Positions 15,930 through 26,365 of a stretch of DNA of 32,000 nt are shown here, piece after piece; position 1 is the stretch's first letter, and each line of letters starts with the position of its first letter. The position numbers and the translations under genes are program-made. The stretch is from NCBI RefSeq assembly GCF_017876815.1, contig NZ_JAGIOS010000001.1:600001-632000 (forward strand), in the 5' to 3' direction. The notes under the pieces are model-generated. The model worked only from the letters and a program-made list of their open reading frames with translations, ran no database searches and was not told where the DNA came from. Source of the DNA: Sinorhizobium meliloti. GTDB lineage: Bacteria; Pseudomonadota; Alphaproteobacteria; Rhizobiales; Rhizobiaceae.

Positions 15930-16005
15930 TGGTGCCCGGAGGCGGATTTGAACCACCGACACGCGGATTTTCAATCCGCTGCTCTACCAACTGAGCTATC
16001 CGGGC
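15930..16005 (-). tRNA. tRNA-Phe (GAA)
   Basis: The reverse complement GCCCGGATAGCTCAGTTGGTAGAGCAGCGGATTGAAAATCCGCGTGTCGGTGGTTCAAATCCGCCTCCGGGCACCA folds as a cloverleaf. The anticodon loop is TTGAAAA and CCA is encoded. Confidence 0.95.
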
Positions 16006-16244
16006 ATCTGCCTTGACGGCGGCAGTTTCCTTTGGGAAACCGCTGGGGCGTGTCGTTCGCCCCGGAAGCGAGCGGGGTTATAACATCTTGTTCGGCCGTG
16101 TCCAGCACCAAATGACTCTTTTTCGAAGGAATTTAGCTGCCCGCGGAAAAGTGGTGAAAGTCGAAGAAATTCAGAGAGATCGCCGGCGCCCGCGAATTCC
16201 CCGGGGCCGCTCGACAATAACGAACGTTTCGGTGGAGAGAAGAA

Positions 16245-16457
16245 TTACCGTTCGTCGCCGTCGTCGGCCTTCGACTCGTCGTCGGCGACCGGGATCGCAT
16301 AGGAACCGGACAGCCAGCGATTGAGATCGACGTTACGGCATCGCTCGGAGCAGAAGGGATAATGCTCGCGCACGGACGGGCGTCCGCACTCCGCACAGGG
16401 CCGCGTTGCGCGCAGGGGTTCTACGTTCGATCCGTTTTTCTTGCCTCCGCCGCGCAT
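16245..16457 (-). CDS. yacG: DNA gyrase inhibitor YacG (zinc-ribbon)
   Basis: 70 aa from ATG 16457. The CAECGRP...FCSERCRNVDLNRWLSGSY zinc-finger pattern is present. Confidence 0.85.
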   Translation of the reverse strand: MRGGGKKNGSNVEPLRATRPCAECGRPSVREHYPFCSERCRNVDLNRWLSGSYAIPVADDESKADDGDER

Positions 16458-16461
16458 CTTC

Positions 16462-17082
16462 TCAGCCTTCCAGCCAACGATCGTGCACGTCGTACCCTTC
16501 GCCGACGAGGAGATTGACGGTCTCATAGAGCGGCAAGCCTACCACATTGGTGTAGGAGCCGACCAGCTTCACGACGAACCCTCCGGCAATTCCCTGGATA
16601 CCATAGCCCCCGGCCTTGCCGCGCCACTGGCCGGAAGCGAGATAGCTCTCGATATCGAGCGTGGAAAGGCGCTTGAAGCGAACCTTGGTGTCGATCACCT
16701 TCTGGCGAAGCGTGCGGTCGGGCGTGACGAGGCAGATGCCCGTATAGACGCGGTGACTGCGGCCCGACAGAAGATGCAATGCGCTCGACGCCTCGCTCAC
16801 CAGCTCCGGCTTCGGCAGGATACGGCGGCCGACGCAAACGACGGTATCGGCTGCGAGAATGTAGCTGCCGTCCCAGGCCGGGTCGCCGGTAATCGCAGCA
16901 AGCGCCGCCTTCGCCTTTTCAGCCGAGAGCCGCCGCGCAAGCGAGCGAGGGTGCTCCGAGCGCTTCGGCGTTTCGTCCAGGTCCATCGGCATGAGGCGCG
17001 CGGGCTCGATTCCCGCCTGCGCCAGGAGCTCGACGCGACGCGGCGATCCGGACGCCAGTATCAGTTTCTTGGTCACTGCCAT
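16462..17082 (-). CDS. maf: Maf-family nucleoside triphosphate pyrophosphatase
   Basis: [14 protein letters not shown]...[10 protein letters not shown] motifs are present. Confidence 0.9.
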   Translation of the reverse strand: MAVTKKLILASGSPRRVELLAQAGIEPARLMPMDLDETPKRSEHPRSLARRLSAEKAKAALAAITGDPAWDGSYILAADTVVCVGRRILPKPELVSEASSALHLLSGRSHRVYTGICLVTPDRTLRQKVIDTKVRFKRLSTLDIESYLASGQWRGKAGGYGIQGIAGGFVVKLVGSYTNVVGLPLYETVNLLVGEGYDVHDRWLEG

Positions 17083-17133
17083 CGATGCGAGCCGTTATTC
17101 CCGGAAGTTTGTGCCAAGGTCATGCATGTCGCT

Positions 17134-17160
17134 GCCCAAAACTGCTCAGCACTTTTGGGC
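17134..17160 (-). terminator. Hairpin downstream of infA
   Basis: GCCCAAAACTGC-TCA-GCACTTTTGGGC forms a 12-bp stem with one mismatch, 21 nt after the infA stop. Confidence 0.5.
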
Positions 17161-17180
17161 GACGTGCATTTGGCCGGGGC

Positions 17181-17399
17181 CTACTTGAAGCGGTAGGTGA
17201 TACGGCCCTTCGTCAGATCATAGGGCGTCATCTCGACGAGCACCTTGTCGCCGGCCAGAACGCGGATACGGTTCTTGCGCATGCGGCCCGCCGTGTGGGC
17301 GATGATCTCGTGCTCGTTTTCAAGCTTCACGCGAAAGGTCGCGTTGGGAAGCAATTCCGTGACCACGCCCGGAAACTCTAGGACTTCTTCTTTCGCCAT
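17181..17399 (-). CDS. infA: Translation initiation factor IF-1
   Basis: The 72-aa sequence [72 protein letters not shown] is canonical IF-1. Confidence 0.97.
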   Translation of the reverse strand: MAKEEVLEFPGVVTELLPNATFRVKLENEHEIIAHTAGRMRKNRIRVLAGDKVLVEMTPYDLTKGRITYRFK

Positions 17400-17556
17400 G
17401 CAGGACTGTTCTTTCTCGTGTTCAATAGCGGATGCAACAGGCATCCTCGAAAAGTTGCCGGAAACTACACAATCGCCGCGGCTTTGTGAACCGCTTTGAT
17501 CAGGCTTTTTCGGGTAGCCGATCTTGGCGCACCGGATCGCGGCGCAAGGATCGGGA

Positions 17557-18036
17557 TCATGCCGCCGGAGGACTGCCTTTCTGCTGGCTTTCCACGGCGA
17601 GACGGCTTGCGATCAGCGTCGCCAGATGATCGCGCACCGCCCGGTAGGCGGCCACGATCTGCTCCCGTGTGCCGGTCGCAACGGTCGGGTCGGGTGTCGG
17701 CCAATATACCACATCCACTGCCATGGATCGGGTCAATTCAAGCGCCATGTGGTGGGCTTCGGGCGCCAGCGTCACGATGAGGTCGAAGTAATCGTCCTCA
17801 AGCTCTTCGAGCGTGCGCGGCTGATGCCGGCCGATCGTCAGCCCGACCTCTTCGAGAACCACGTCCACGAAGGGATCCCGCTCGCCCTGCCGGACGCCGG
17901 CGGAGGCGACATAGGTCCCTTTCGGAAGCGCCACGCGGGCGAGCGCCTCGGCCATCGGCGAACGGATGGCGTTCATGCCGCACATGAAAAGAACCGAGCG
18001 GGGCGCTTTCGATTGCGGCATCGCGGTCGCGATCAT
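17557..18036 (-). CDS. Low-molecular-weight phosphotyrosine phosphatase / ArsC-like family protein
   Basis: CX5R(S) P-loop in [21 protein letters not shown] 18036 is preceded by GGAGGCGGAG. Alternative starts lie at 18078 and 18021. Confidence 0.8.
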   Translation of the reverse strand: MIATAMPQSKAPRSVLFMCGMNAIRSPMAEALARVALPKGTYVASAGVRQGERDPFVDVVLEEVGLTIGRHQPRTLEELEDDYFDLIVTLAPEAHHMALELTRSMAVDVVYWPTPDPTVATGTREQIVAAYRAVRDHLATLIASRLAVESQQKGSPPAA

Positions 18037-18049
18037 CTCCGCCTCCCCG

Positions 18050-18526
18050 TCAGCCGCGCCAGTAGAGCACGCAGACAAGCGTGAAGAGCCGGCGTGCCGT
18101 ATCGAAATCCAGCCTGATCTTGCCCGACAGCCGGTCCATCAGGGTCTGCGAACCCTCGTTGTGGATGCCGCGCCGCCCCATGTCGATCGCCTCGATCTGG
18201 CTCGGCGTCGCCGACCGGATCGCCTGGTAATAGCTTTCGCAGATCATGAAGTAGTCCTTCACGATACGGCGAAAAGGCGTGAGCGAGAGGATGTGGGTGG
18301 CGACCTCGGTACCGCCGTCGGTCGAAATCCGGAAGACCAGCTTCGCGTCGACCAGCGACAGATTGAGCCGATAGGGGCCCCCGGGATGCCCGACGGGCTC
18401 GAACAGGTTTTCTTCGAGCAGGTCGAAGATCGCAACCGCGCGCTCGTGCTCCACGTCCGGCGTCGAGCGGCCGATCGTCTCGTCCAGCACGACATCGCAG
18501 AGCCGCAGGTTGCGATCGGCCTTCAT
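18050..18526 (-). CDS. UPF0262-family protein
   Basis: 158 aa starting [40 protein letters not shown]... The start makes an ATGA overlap with the hisD stop. The ORF-track 342-aa version is an out-of-context extension into hisD. Confidence 0.8.
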   Translation of the reverse strand: MKADRNLRLCDVVLDETIGRSTPDVEHERAVAIFDLLEENLFEPVGHPGGPYRLNLSLVDAKLVFRISTDGGTEVATHILSLTPFRRIVKDYFMICESYYQAIRSATPSQIEAIDMGRRGIHNEGSQTLMDRLSGKIRLDFDTARRLFTLVCVLYWRG

Positions 18527-19827
18527 CCCTCTTCCCCGAGATTGAGACGGATGGCGACCGACCGGGCATGGGCCTCGAGGCCTTCCGATCTCGCCAGCGC
18601 GATCGCGGCAGGCCCGAGAATGCGCAACTGATCCGGACCGAGCCGCAGGATCGAGGTTCGCTTCACGTAGTCGAGCACGCCGAGGCCCGAGGAGAACCGC
18701 GCCGAACGCGCCGTCGGCAGCACGTGGTTGGAACCGCCCACATAATCGCCGATGACTTCGGGTGTGTGCCCGCCGATGAAGATCGCGCCGGCATTGCGGA
18801 TCGCGGGGACCATCGCGTCCGGATCGGCGGTCGCCAGCTCGAGATGTTCCGGGGCGATGCGGTTGGCGAGCGGCACGGCCTTGTCGAAATCCGGAACCAG
18901 GATCACGGCGCCGAAATCGCGCCAGCTCGCTGCCGCCGTCTCGGCGCGCGGCAGCGTCGTCAGCTGGCGCTCCACCGCCTTTTCGACCGCGTCGCCGAAG
19001 GCGGCATCGTCGGTGATCAGGATTGCCTGCGCGCCGGCGTCGTGCTCGGCCTGGGCGAGCAGGTCCGCGGCGATCCAATCCGGATCGTTGTCGCGGTCCG
19101 CGATCACCAGCACTTCCGACGGCCCGGCGATCATGTCGATGCCGACGGTGCCGAAAACCTGCCGCTTGGCGGCCGCGACATAGGCATTTCCAGGGCCGAC
19201 GATCTTCGCCACCGACTCGATCGTCTCGGTGCCGTAAGCGAGCGCCGCCACGGCCTGCGCGCCGCCGATGCGGTAGATCTCCTCGACGCCGGCAAGGCGG
19301 GCAGCCGCGAGCACCGCCGGATTGATAGCCCCGCCGCTGGCCGGCACAACCATGACGATGCGCGGCACGCCTGCGACCTTGGCCGGCAGGGCGTTCATCA
19401 GAACCGAGCTCGGATAGCTCGCCGTGCCGCCCGGCACATAGAGACCGACTGCGTCGATCGGCGTCCAGCGCGAGCCCAGGCCGACGCCCATCTGGTCTTC
19501 GTAAATGTCGTCCTTCGGCAATTGCCGCCGGTGATGCGCCTCGATGCGGGTCGCCGCGACCTTCAATGCGCCGAGTACTTCCGGAGCGACCGCGTGGATC
19601 GCCGCGTCTATTTCCGCCGACGTCACCGCCATGCCGGTTACAGTAAAGTCGACCCCGTCGAAACGCGCGGAATAGTCGGCGAGCGCCGCATCTCCGCGGG
19701 CGCGGACATCGTCGATGATGGCGCGCACGACGGCGTTGACGTCTTCGGAACCTTCCCGTTTGGTCGTCAGGAACGCGGCGAAATCGCGCTCAAAGCTCGT
19801 ATCGAGATAGTTCAGCCTGATTGCCAA
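18523..19827 (-). CDS. hisD: Histidinol dehydrogenase
   Basis: 434 aa with typical HisD sequence throughout (…AQAEHD…, …[13 protein letters not shown]…). Confidence 0.95.
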   Translation of the reverse strand: MAIRLNYLDTSFERDFAAFLTTKREGSEDVNAVVRAIIDDVRARGDAALADYSARFDGVDFTVTGMAVTSAEIDAAIHAVAPEVLGALKVAATRIEAHHRRQLPKDDIYEDQMGVGLGSRWTPIDAVGLYVPGGTASYPSSVLMNALPAKVAGVPRIVMVVPASGGAINPAVLAAARLAGVEEIYRIGGAQAVAALAYGTETIESVAKIVGPGNAYVAAAKRQVFGTVGIDMIAGPSEVLVIADRDNDPDWIAADLLAQAEHDAGAQAILITDDAAFGDAVEKAVERQLTTLPRAETAAASWRDFGAVILVPDFDKAVPLANRIAPEHLELATADPDAMVPAIRNAGAIFIGGHTPEVIGDYVGGSNHVLPTARSARFSSGLGVLDYVKRTSILRLGPDQLRILGPAAIALARSEGLEAHARSVAIRLNLGEEG

Positions 19828-19890
19828 TGCGATGATCCTTTTGGTGGTGGCCGGCGGGGACGCTCAAGCGGGAGGTCTCAATCCGAGTGC

Positions 19891-20331
19891 TCAGGCGCCC
19901 TCGGGGTGGCGCGGCTTGAATGCCGTCTCCCAGGCGCCGCCGGTATCGGCAAACTGCACCTCGATGCACTCCACATCGAGCGCGATCGATGCCTCGCCCG
20001 CGAGCACGAGCTCGATCGTGCCGTCCGGCCCCTCCCCCTTGACGTCGAAACGCAGGGCGAGAAGATCGAGCACCGCTTCCATGTCGGTGCGATCGAAGCC
20101 GAGCGACCGCACGGCACTGACACATTTGAACAGAAGGACGGCACGGCGCCGCTCGAAGCTGCGGCGCTTGCCCTCCGCCTTCTCCCAGACGAAGCGGTTG
20201 ACCACCAGGGTGAACTGCCGGCGCCGGGCATCGTAGGCGGTGCCCGCCACCTTGAAGACTGCGTCCTGCACATGGGCGGAGACGACACCAAGGTCTTCCT
20301 CGTCGAGTGCCAGCAGTTTCAAAGCATCCAT
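19891..20331 (-). CDS. DUF2948-family protein
   Basis: MDALKLLALDEEDLGVVSAHVQDAVFKV... in the conserved position between murA and hisD in Rhizobiales. Upstream alternative starts reach 20364. Confidence 0.75.
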   Translation of the reverse strand: MDALKLLALDEEDLGVVSAHVQDAVFKVAGTAYDARRRQFTLVVNRFVWEKAEGKRRSFERRRAVLLFKCVSAVRSLGFDRTDMEAVLDLLALRFDVKGEGPDGTIELVLAGEASIALDVECIEVQFADTGGAWETAFKPRHPEGA

Positions 20332-20485
20332 GCGATTCATCCCGTCCGTTTTCATGCCCCGCATTTTAGCGGGCGATCGTCAAGGACATAGGACGTTGCG
20401 CCCGAAACCGCAACGGCTCGGGCGCGGGAAGTGACCGAAAGGGCTACAGCGGCTCCGCGCACCTGATTGGACGCGCCAGGCCGGG

Positions 20486-21778
20486 TCAGTCGCTGACGCG
20501 CTCGACATGGGCGCCGCAGCGCGTGAGCTTCTCTTCAAGGCGTTCGAAGCCGCGGTCGAGATGGTAGACGCGCGAGACCATTGTCTCGCCCTCCGCCGCC
20601 AGGCCGGCGATGACGAGCGAAACGGAGGCCCTGAGATCCGTCGCCATCACCGGTGCGCCCTTCAGCCGCGACACGCCCTCGACCTTGGCCGTCTGGCCGG
20701 AAAGCGAGATCTTGGCGCCGAGCCGCGCCAGTTCCTGCACATGCATGAAGCGGTTTTCGAAGATCGTCTCGGTAATGTGAGAAACCCCGCTCGACCGGGT
20801 CATCAGCCCCATGAACTGCGCCTGGAGGTCGGTGGGGAAGCCGGGGAACGGATCAGTGACGATGTCGACCGGCTTGATGCCGGCGCCGTTGCGAACGATG
20901 CGGATGCCGCTGTTCGTCTCGCTGATCTGCGCGCCGGCGCGGCGGATCGCCTCCAGCGCCGTGTCCAGGAGGCTCGCCTCGGTATCTTCGAGAATGACGT
21001 CTCCGCCTGCCATCGCGACGGCCATCGCATAGGTTCCAGTCTCGATGCGGTCGGGCAGCACGCGGTGGCGGGCGCCCGAGAGCGAGCGCACGCCCTCGAT
21101 GGTAACAGTGCTCGTGCCCTGGCCGCTGATCTTCGCGCCCATGGCGTTCAGGCATTTGGCGAGGTCGACGACTTCGGGCTCGCGCGCGGCATTGCCGAGC
21201 ACGGTCGTGCCGTTGGCAAGCGTTGCCGCCATCATCAGCACATGCGTCGCGCCGACGGAAACTTTCGGGAACACGTAGCGCGCACCGATGAGCCCGCCTG
21301 CCGGCGCCGTGGCGTTGACGTAGCCGCCCTCGATCTCGATGTTGGCGCCGAGTGCTGCCAGTCCCTCTATGAAGAGGTCGACCGGACGCGTTCCGATGGC
21401 GCAGCCGCCCGGCAGAGACACCCGCGCCTTGCCTTCGCGGGCGAGCAGCGGCCCGATGACCCAGAAGCTCGCGCGCATCTTCGAGACGAGTTCATAAGGC
21501 GCCGTCGTCGAAACGATGTTGCGGCTGGTGAAATGGACCGTGCGGGCATAGCTCTCGCCTTGGCGCTCGCGCCGGCCATTGACGGAAATGTCGGCACCAT
21601 GATTGCCGAGGATGCGGATCAATTGCTCGACATCGGCCAGATGCGGGACGTTTTCGAGCGTCAGCGTGTCGTCGGTCAGGAGCGACGCGATCATCAGCGG
21701 CAAGGCGGCGTTCTTCGCGCCGGAGATGGGGATCACCCCGTGGAGTTCATTTCCGCCTACAATCCTGATGCGATCCAT
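20486..21778 (-). CDS. murA: UDP-N-acetylglucosamine 1-carboxyvinyltransferase
   Basis: [29 protein letters not shown]... is canonical MurA. The ORF-track start at 21835 is an extension. Confidence 0.95.
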   Translation of the reverse strand: MDRIRIVGGNELHGVIPISGAKNAALPLMIASLLTDDTLTLENVPHLADVEQLIRILGNHGADISVNGRRERQGESYARTVHFTSRNIVSTTAPYELVSKMRASFWVIGPLLAREGKARVSLPGGCAIGTRPVDLFIEGLAALGANIEIEGGYVNATAPAGGLIGARYVFPKVSVGATHVLMMAATLANGTTVLGNAAREPEVVDLAKCLNAMGAKISGQGTSTVTIEGVRSLSGARHRVLPDRIETGTYAMAVAMAGGDVILEDTEASLLDTALEAIRRAGAQISETNSGIRIVRNGAGIKPVDIVTDPFPGFPTDLQAQFMGLMTRSSGVSHITETIFENRFMHVQELARLGAKISLSGQTAKVEGVSRLKGAPVMATDLRASVSLVIAGLAAEGETMVSRVYHLDRGFERLEEKLTRCGAHVERVSD

Positions 21779-21948
21779 GAGACCTCTCGCACGGGCGCTG
21801 CCCGCCTTTCTGGAAAATCGATGCCGATCCGGCATTGTTGAAGGGCGTCTCTTTAGTGGAGATGCGGTGAAATTAGAAGTGCCTTGAAATGCGGGGGTGC
21901 AGGGAAAGCGAGGACCCGGAAGGCCCCGCCTGCCGCCGGTTGCAGAAC

Positions 21949-22164
21949 CTAATCTTCCGATTCGTCCGATTTTGCGGCAGGCAATCCGGATGTCTCGTCC
22001 GCAGCGCCCGCCCGGCGCGCGCGCATCTGCTGCTTGCGCCGCTGGAGATTGTCGCGCAGGTTCTTCGCCAGACGCAGCCGCCTCGCCTCGGCCTCGCTCG
22101 AATGCCCTGCGCCCTTGGCCCGCCCCGGCGCATGCTTATTGTGGTCGTCGCTCTGCATGGCCAT
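21949..22164 (-). CDS. Small basic hypothetical protein (71 aa)
   Basis: Arg/Lys-rich helical centre ([28 protein letters not shown]) and an acidic tail, with GC3-rich codons. No family was recognised. Confidence 0.5.
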   Translation of the reverse strand: MAMQSDDHNKHAPGRAKGAGHSSEAEARRLRLAKNLRDNLQRRKQQMRARRAGAADETSGLPAAKSDESED

Positions 22165-22425
22165 CCATTACCGCAAAACCAGGGCCTTCGGAAGCGGCAA
22201 GCCGGCCAGGTGAGAGCGAAATCGGGGAAAACCGCGAAGCGGCTTCCGGGCCGGTCCGTGGCGCAAAAGGCTGCAATGGAAGAGCTTGAGCGCCCTGGAC
22301 CGTGTAAGCCCGCCATCTTCCCGGCGCGGCCCGCCCAAAAACTTCGAAATGCGGCTTGCGCTCTCCCTCAAGCTATGGCAATAGGCCCCTCGCCTGATGC
22401 GGCTTGCCACGAAGCGCCGCCGGAT

Positions 22426-22500
22426 GCTGCTATAGCTCAGGGGTAGAGCACTCCCTTGGTAAGGGAGAGGCCGAGAGTTCAAATCTCTCTAGCAGCACCA
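22426..22500 (+). tRNA. tRNA-Thr (GGT)
   Basis: GCTGCTATAGCTCAGGGGTAGAGCACTCCCTTGGTAAGGGAGAGGCCGAGAGTTCAAATCTCTCTAGCAGCACCA forms a cloverleaf with anticodon loop TTGGTAA. Confidence 0.95.
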
Positions 22501-22891
22501 GTTTTCTCCAAGGAACACAGTGATTTAGCCGCCTGAACTCAGAGACCTAGGCTGCTCGAAAGCACGCAACTGCGCAGAACAAAGAGCGAAATGCACGGGT
22601 TTCACGTGCACAATCCGTGCAGTCCGTTCCGATTTGTTCTCATTCTAGACGCGCATACTGGCCCAGGGATGGGCGCGATCCAAGACGGGTGGTGCTCGTC
22701 TTCAACTCGCCTTTCGAGGCCGAATGGCGAGCTCGTCAATACGCTATGCTGCACACACCACTTCCGGACGGACGAGAAGGGCTGGGCGAGACAGCGAAAG
22801 TTAGCACGGGACCGCTTGGCACAAGAGCATTACGCCTCCCGGCATTGACTGTTACCTGTAAACGTGGCGAAGTATCGATTGCCGTCCAAGT

Positions 22892-23386
22892 ATGAATCCC
22901 GACAACTATTCGGGTTTTGCTATAGTCGGTGGGGGAACCGTGGAAGATCAGCAAAACACGACAGTTGCGCTAGATGTTGGAACACTAAAGGAAGTTCTCT
23001 TTAAGTGGGCAGATATCGTCACCAGCCAGTCAAATGATCTCTGGACCCTTTCGCTCGCCTTCTTTGGCATCTGCATCCTAGTCGTCGTACATTTGCACGC
23101 GAACCAACAGATTGTACGTCCGCGCAGTTTGATGTGGATGCTTTACATCTCTGCACTCTCTTCTGCGGTGTCTCTTGGTATGGCCTACAAGCTCAAGGGA
23201 TCCGTGGTGACCGCACTCAAAGGCGCGGTATCTGCGAAGGCAATCACCATACCGGACACTGCTGCGTTCGACGGGCTTGTGCAATTCGGCGCATTTTTCC
23301 TCGGCCTAGTTCTGTTTCTGTTGGCCCTTGGGTGGAAGTCAGAAATAGTTGCGAAAGCCGTTCTCGACACAATCAAGGGGAAGTAA
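22892..23386 (+). CDS. Hypothetical integral membrane protein (about 3 TM)
   Basis: 164-aa ORF with hydrophobic segments (LWTLSLAFFGICILVVVHL, MWMLYISALSSAVSLGMAY, FGAFFLGLVLFLLALGW). It lies 2 nt before the next ORF. Confidence 0.5.
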   Translation: MNPDNYSGFAIVGGGTVEDQQNTTVALDVGTLKEVLFKWADIVTSQSNDLWTLSLAFFGICILVVVHLHANQQIVRPRSLMWMLYISALSSAVSLGMAYKLKGSVVTALKGAVSAKAITIPDTAAFDGLVQFGAFFLGLVLFLLALGWKSEIVAKAVLDTIKGK

Positions 23387-23388
23387 TC

Positions 23389-23919
23389 ATGAGGCGACGC
23401 GAGGTTCTCATTCTGTCGAGTGTGGTCTTGGCAGCGACATCCGTGCCTACCGCTCAGGCACAGCAGGGTTCCTTTCGCCCTACTAAACGCCAAGTCGCGG
23501 AAGCCTTGAACGAGGCGGCAAAGTTCTCAGAAGTCCTCGTTGCGGTGGACGCATTGAGGCTGAACTTGCTGTTGACGAAGAGTAGCCTTGGGGAGGCGCT
23601 GACCGCGTCGATGGAGCAGTTACCTGAATACAGGCGGCTTAAAGAAGCCGCAGTCCTCGGGGCGGAAAAACTGAGGGGTACTTTAGATCCTTCACCCGAA
23701 CCTATGGAGGAGTTGGTTACCGCACTTCAAGCGCCTGTTGACAAAGCGATTTCAATCCTAGTCGAGCACGGCCTACAGCCCGGATCCGAATTGCTAGAGA
23801 GGCAGGTGGAAGGTTTTTGGACTTTCCTTTACGCACTCACGGAGAGTGGCCAGGAGACAGCCGAAAACATCGGTCAGTGGATTTGCGGGTCGAACCCGTT
23901 TGATGCGCTTTGTGGTTAG
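23389..23919 (+). CDS. Hypothetical secreted, predominantly helical protein (176 aa)
   Basis: ATG 23389 follows AAGGGGAAG. Signal peptide MRRREVLILSSVVLAATSVPTAQA. The ORF-track start at 23134 overlaps the previous gene and is unlikely. Confidence 0.55.
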   Translation: MRRREVLILSSVVLAATSVPTAQAQQGSFRPTKRQVAEALNEAAKFSEVLVAVDALRLNLLLTKSSLGEALTASMEQLPEYRRLKEAAVLGAEKLRGTLDPSPEPMEELVTALQAPVDKAISILVEHGLQPGSELLERQVEGFWTFLYALTESGQETAENIGQWICGSNPFDALCG

Positions 23920-24184
23920 ACTTCCCCGATCGCATAACTCCAGCAGTGGTGCTTCATGCCGGGCCACCTGAATTTAATAAATTCAAATGCTTGCTGAATT
24001 TCTGGATACTTGTTCGTCCAGCAATTTCATTATGTTTTTCCGCGAGAGTGTCCAGCCAAAAAAAGGCTGTGCCGCTGGTGGCGCTCAATGCCGGAGCAAA
24101 GAGAGATCCAAATATCAATAGCTTGCCGGCATGTGAGACACGTGGGTTGCGTGTCGTTTTGCTACATTTATTTCCGTCTATGTC

Positions 24185-24661
24185 TCACTCACTCACACCA
24201 TCAGCCCACGCCGAATAGGTGGCGAATATTTCCGCCGCTACCTGACGGTGGCACTCATTCGACGGATGGAAATGAATTTCGGTCTGGAATAGGGGCCATT
24301 GCCCTGCCTGCCGGATGAGGAATACCACCTCTGCCTCTACCGTTTCCATATTGAGATGAGAACGATCTACCGCGTCATCGTGAGCCCAGACATGTAGCTT
24401 CGCCTCGCTGCCATTGTGGCGCCATTGGTAGCCGTAGTAACCGGTGTCGCCGGCAGCTTTCCATCCGACCCGCATTCGCTCGCCCATTGGACGTTTTGTG
24501 GCGCCGACATATACCGGCGCCCCGTCGATGCTGGCGATGTAGAGCTTGGGTGCCTTGGAGGAAGCTATGCCGGAGAAGTTGGGCCGTCCTTTTGCACAAA
24601 GGACGGTGTAGGCATCCGGTGTGTATTTCAGCGAATAAACGTCCGGCCCAATGAGTTTCAT
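24185..24661 (-). CDS. Hypothetical protein with a GIY-YIG-nuclease-like N-terminal motif arrangement
   Basis: ATG 24661 follows AGGAAG. KLYIASIDGAPVYVGATKRPMGERMRVG resembles the GIY...YVG...R pattern, and ETVEAEVVFLI could carry the catalytic Glu. The assignment is tentative. Confidence 0.45.
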   Translation of the reverse strand: MKLIGPDVYSLKYTPDAYTVLCAKGRPNFSGIASSKAPKLYIASIDGAPVYVGATKRPMGERMRVGWKAAGDTGYYGYQWRHNGSEAKLHVWAHDDAVDRSHLNMETVEAEVVFLIRQAGQWPLFQTEIHFHPSNECHRQVAAEIFATYSAWADGVSE

Positions 24662-24678
24662 GGCTTCACTTCCTGCAT

Positions 24679-24960
24679 TCAACTAGTCTTCCTCGACGTA
24701 CCTCTTTGGTTCAATTCAGCTAATCGCTCTTCACGGGCCTTATCAGCAGATACGCGGTCTTCATTGATAGCCACGCCGATGACGTAGCCCCCGAACCTAT
24801 TTACCTCGGTCATGATGTCGCCAATAGGAGTCGAGGCCGGATACGTCCACGTCTCGCGGCTTGTGAACACCTTTTGCAAAGGCGAACCGTCCTGCGGATC
24901 GATGCCGTCTTATTCGCGGTTCAGGATGTCGGCGGTAATCACGTAGAGCAATTCGGTCAT
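24679..24960 (-). pseudogene. Small ORF interrupted by an in-frame TAA
   Basis: ATG 24960 follows GAGGAG and gives MTELLYVITADILNRE. TAA at 24912-24910 is followed in the same frame by DGIDPQDGSPLQKVFTSRETW...RKTS, ending at 24679. Confidence 0.5.
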
Positions 24961-25403
24961 GTACGGCTCCTCGGGTGAATCAGTCCGCGAGACTACCAGA
25001 AAGCGCAGGGCAGATTCGAAGGGAGGTAATGCCGTATCCCCCAATATTTTCTATTTCACAACGCCCATGGACGGGCTCCCTGCGTCATCACCCACGCGTG
25101 CGGCCAGCGCAAGGTGTTAGCGGATGTCGAAACCTTTTCAAGCCATCGCAGCATCTTCTCCTCCGCGCTGGGCGAACATTGCCCAAGGCAGCAAATTGCG
25201 CTAGGCATCTATGAATAGCTGGCGCGGATCCCACCTTTCGAATCAAGGAAAGCACGTTCTAACATACAGCAAGTCGCTGACCTTCGCGCAATGCTTTCAG
25301 GCTATTGTCAGTTGTGGCCGCTATACAAGTTCCGTTCGACTAGACGATCGCGAGACGGATGCGATGGCGGACAATTCACAAACGAGCACAAGGAAATCCT
25401 TAC

Positions 25404-26003
25404 ATGAGATCCTCACCGAAAGAGACCGCCACCGCGGCCATCCCGATTCATCGAGTGCATCCCCCGTCTTTCTGGAAGGGGATGATCCTTGCTGCGATCG
25501 TCCTCGTACCGAGTAGTCAGGTTTCGGCTGCGGACAAGGGGCAAACCGTTCACCACATCCATCTAGCAGCCTCAGCTGGTTGGGAGAGCAAGGAGATGGA
25601 AGAACTTGCAGCCTCAGTCGGTTGGGAGAGGAAGGAGATGGAAGAACTTCCAGCGGGAACAAAGTTCAACCACGCTAATAGGGATGGGGTGTGGGGCGGT
25701 TCGGGGCAAAGCGGGCACACGGGCGAAGCAATTTGGATGAGCTCAGAAAACGATGTAAACGCGGCAGGCGGCTATGCAGCTAGTTCTGGAAAGTACTTTG
25801 TTATCGAGGCGCAAGAGCCCCTCAAATTAGCGGTCATGGACGAGGAGGGTGCTCAAGTGTTCCCTGACGAACTAGGCGCATGGGCTCCCTTGGCGCAGAG
25901 ATACGGCTTGGATGGAGTGAAGACGGAATATGGAAGCTCGTACGAGGTGATGTTATTTGACAGAAGCAAGATTGCACCTGTGGACGAACGTGGTTTCGAT
26001 TAG
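25404..26003 (+). CDS. Hypothetical exported protein with an internal 14-aa tandem duplication
   Basis: ATG 25404 lies 7 nt after AGGAAA. It has a hydrophobic segment MILAAIVLVPSSQVSA and the repeat AASAGWESKEMEEL/AASVGWERKEMEEL. Confidence 0.55.
   Translation: MRSSPKETATAAIPIHRVHPPSFWKGMILAAIVLVPSSQVSAADKGQTVHHIHLAASAGWESKEMEELAASVGWERKEMEELPAGTKFNHANRDGVWGGSGQSGHTGEAIWMSSENDVNAAGGYAASSGKYFVIEAQEPLKLAVMDEEGAQVFPDELGAWAPLAQRYGLDGVKTEYGSSYEVMLFDRSKIAPVDERGFD
25566..25649 (+). repeat. 42-bp direct tandem duplication (2 units, 3 mismatches) inside the CDS
   Basis: gcagcctcagctggttgggagagcaaggagatggaagaactt is followed by gcagcctcagtcggttgggagaggaaggagatggaagaactt. Confidence 0.9.
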
Positions 26004-26365
26004 CACGGACGCCAGCGCATGAAGTTTGCGAGGTCGGTCATGGTCTGTTGTCCTGAGTGTGTGTTTCCCGAAGGGAAAGCCCTTTCGGGCGAAGCCTCCC
26101 CGGACAGAGTCCGGACAGAGGGGGAGGGCGAAAGCCCGCCCCACGGCGGCGGGCGGGACTGTCAAGTGGCGTGCGGATCGGTTGACCGCCGTGGATTTCG
26201 GCGACGGATGCGCCTTGCCGAACGTTCTATTCGACGTTGAAGGCGCGCGGCCCATCCCCACTTTTGTGCTCGATGCATTGCGAGCGTTTCGCCATGACGA
26301 TCCCGGGCTTCGAATGTTTGCTGAATACAACCCACAGGATATGGTCTTTTGGCTTTGACGACAAC

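Noticed and set aside
15617-15990. ORFs 15617-15835 (-) and 15757-15990 (-)
   Set aside because: The second overlaps tRNA-Phe itself. The first is only meaningful as a roughly 28-codon transposase-like scrap, which is reported as a remnant, not as an intact gene.
18568-21841. Long plus-strand ORFs (607 aa at 18568-20391; 444 aa at 20507-21841)
   Set aside because: They are antisense to hisD/DUF2948 and to murA respectively, with low-complexity Arg/Asp/Gly composition. They are GC-driven open frames, not genes.
26026-26358. 110-aa plus-strand ORF ending next to the tRNA fragment
   Set aside because: The N-terminal half is Arg/Gly-rich GC-tract translation with no RBS. The C-terminal half looks more protein-like and could be a gene remnant, but I cannot assign it, so it is not reported as a CDS.
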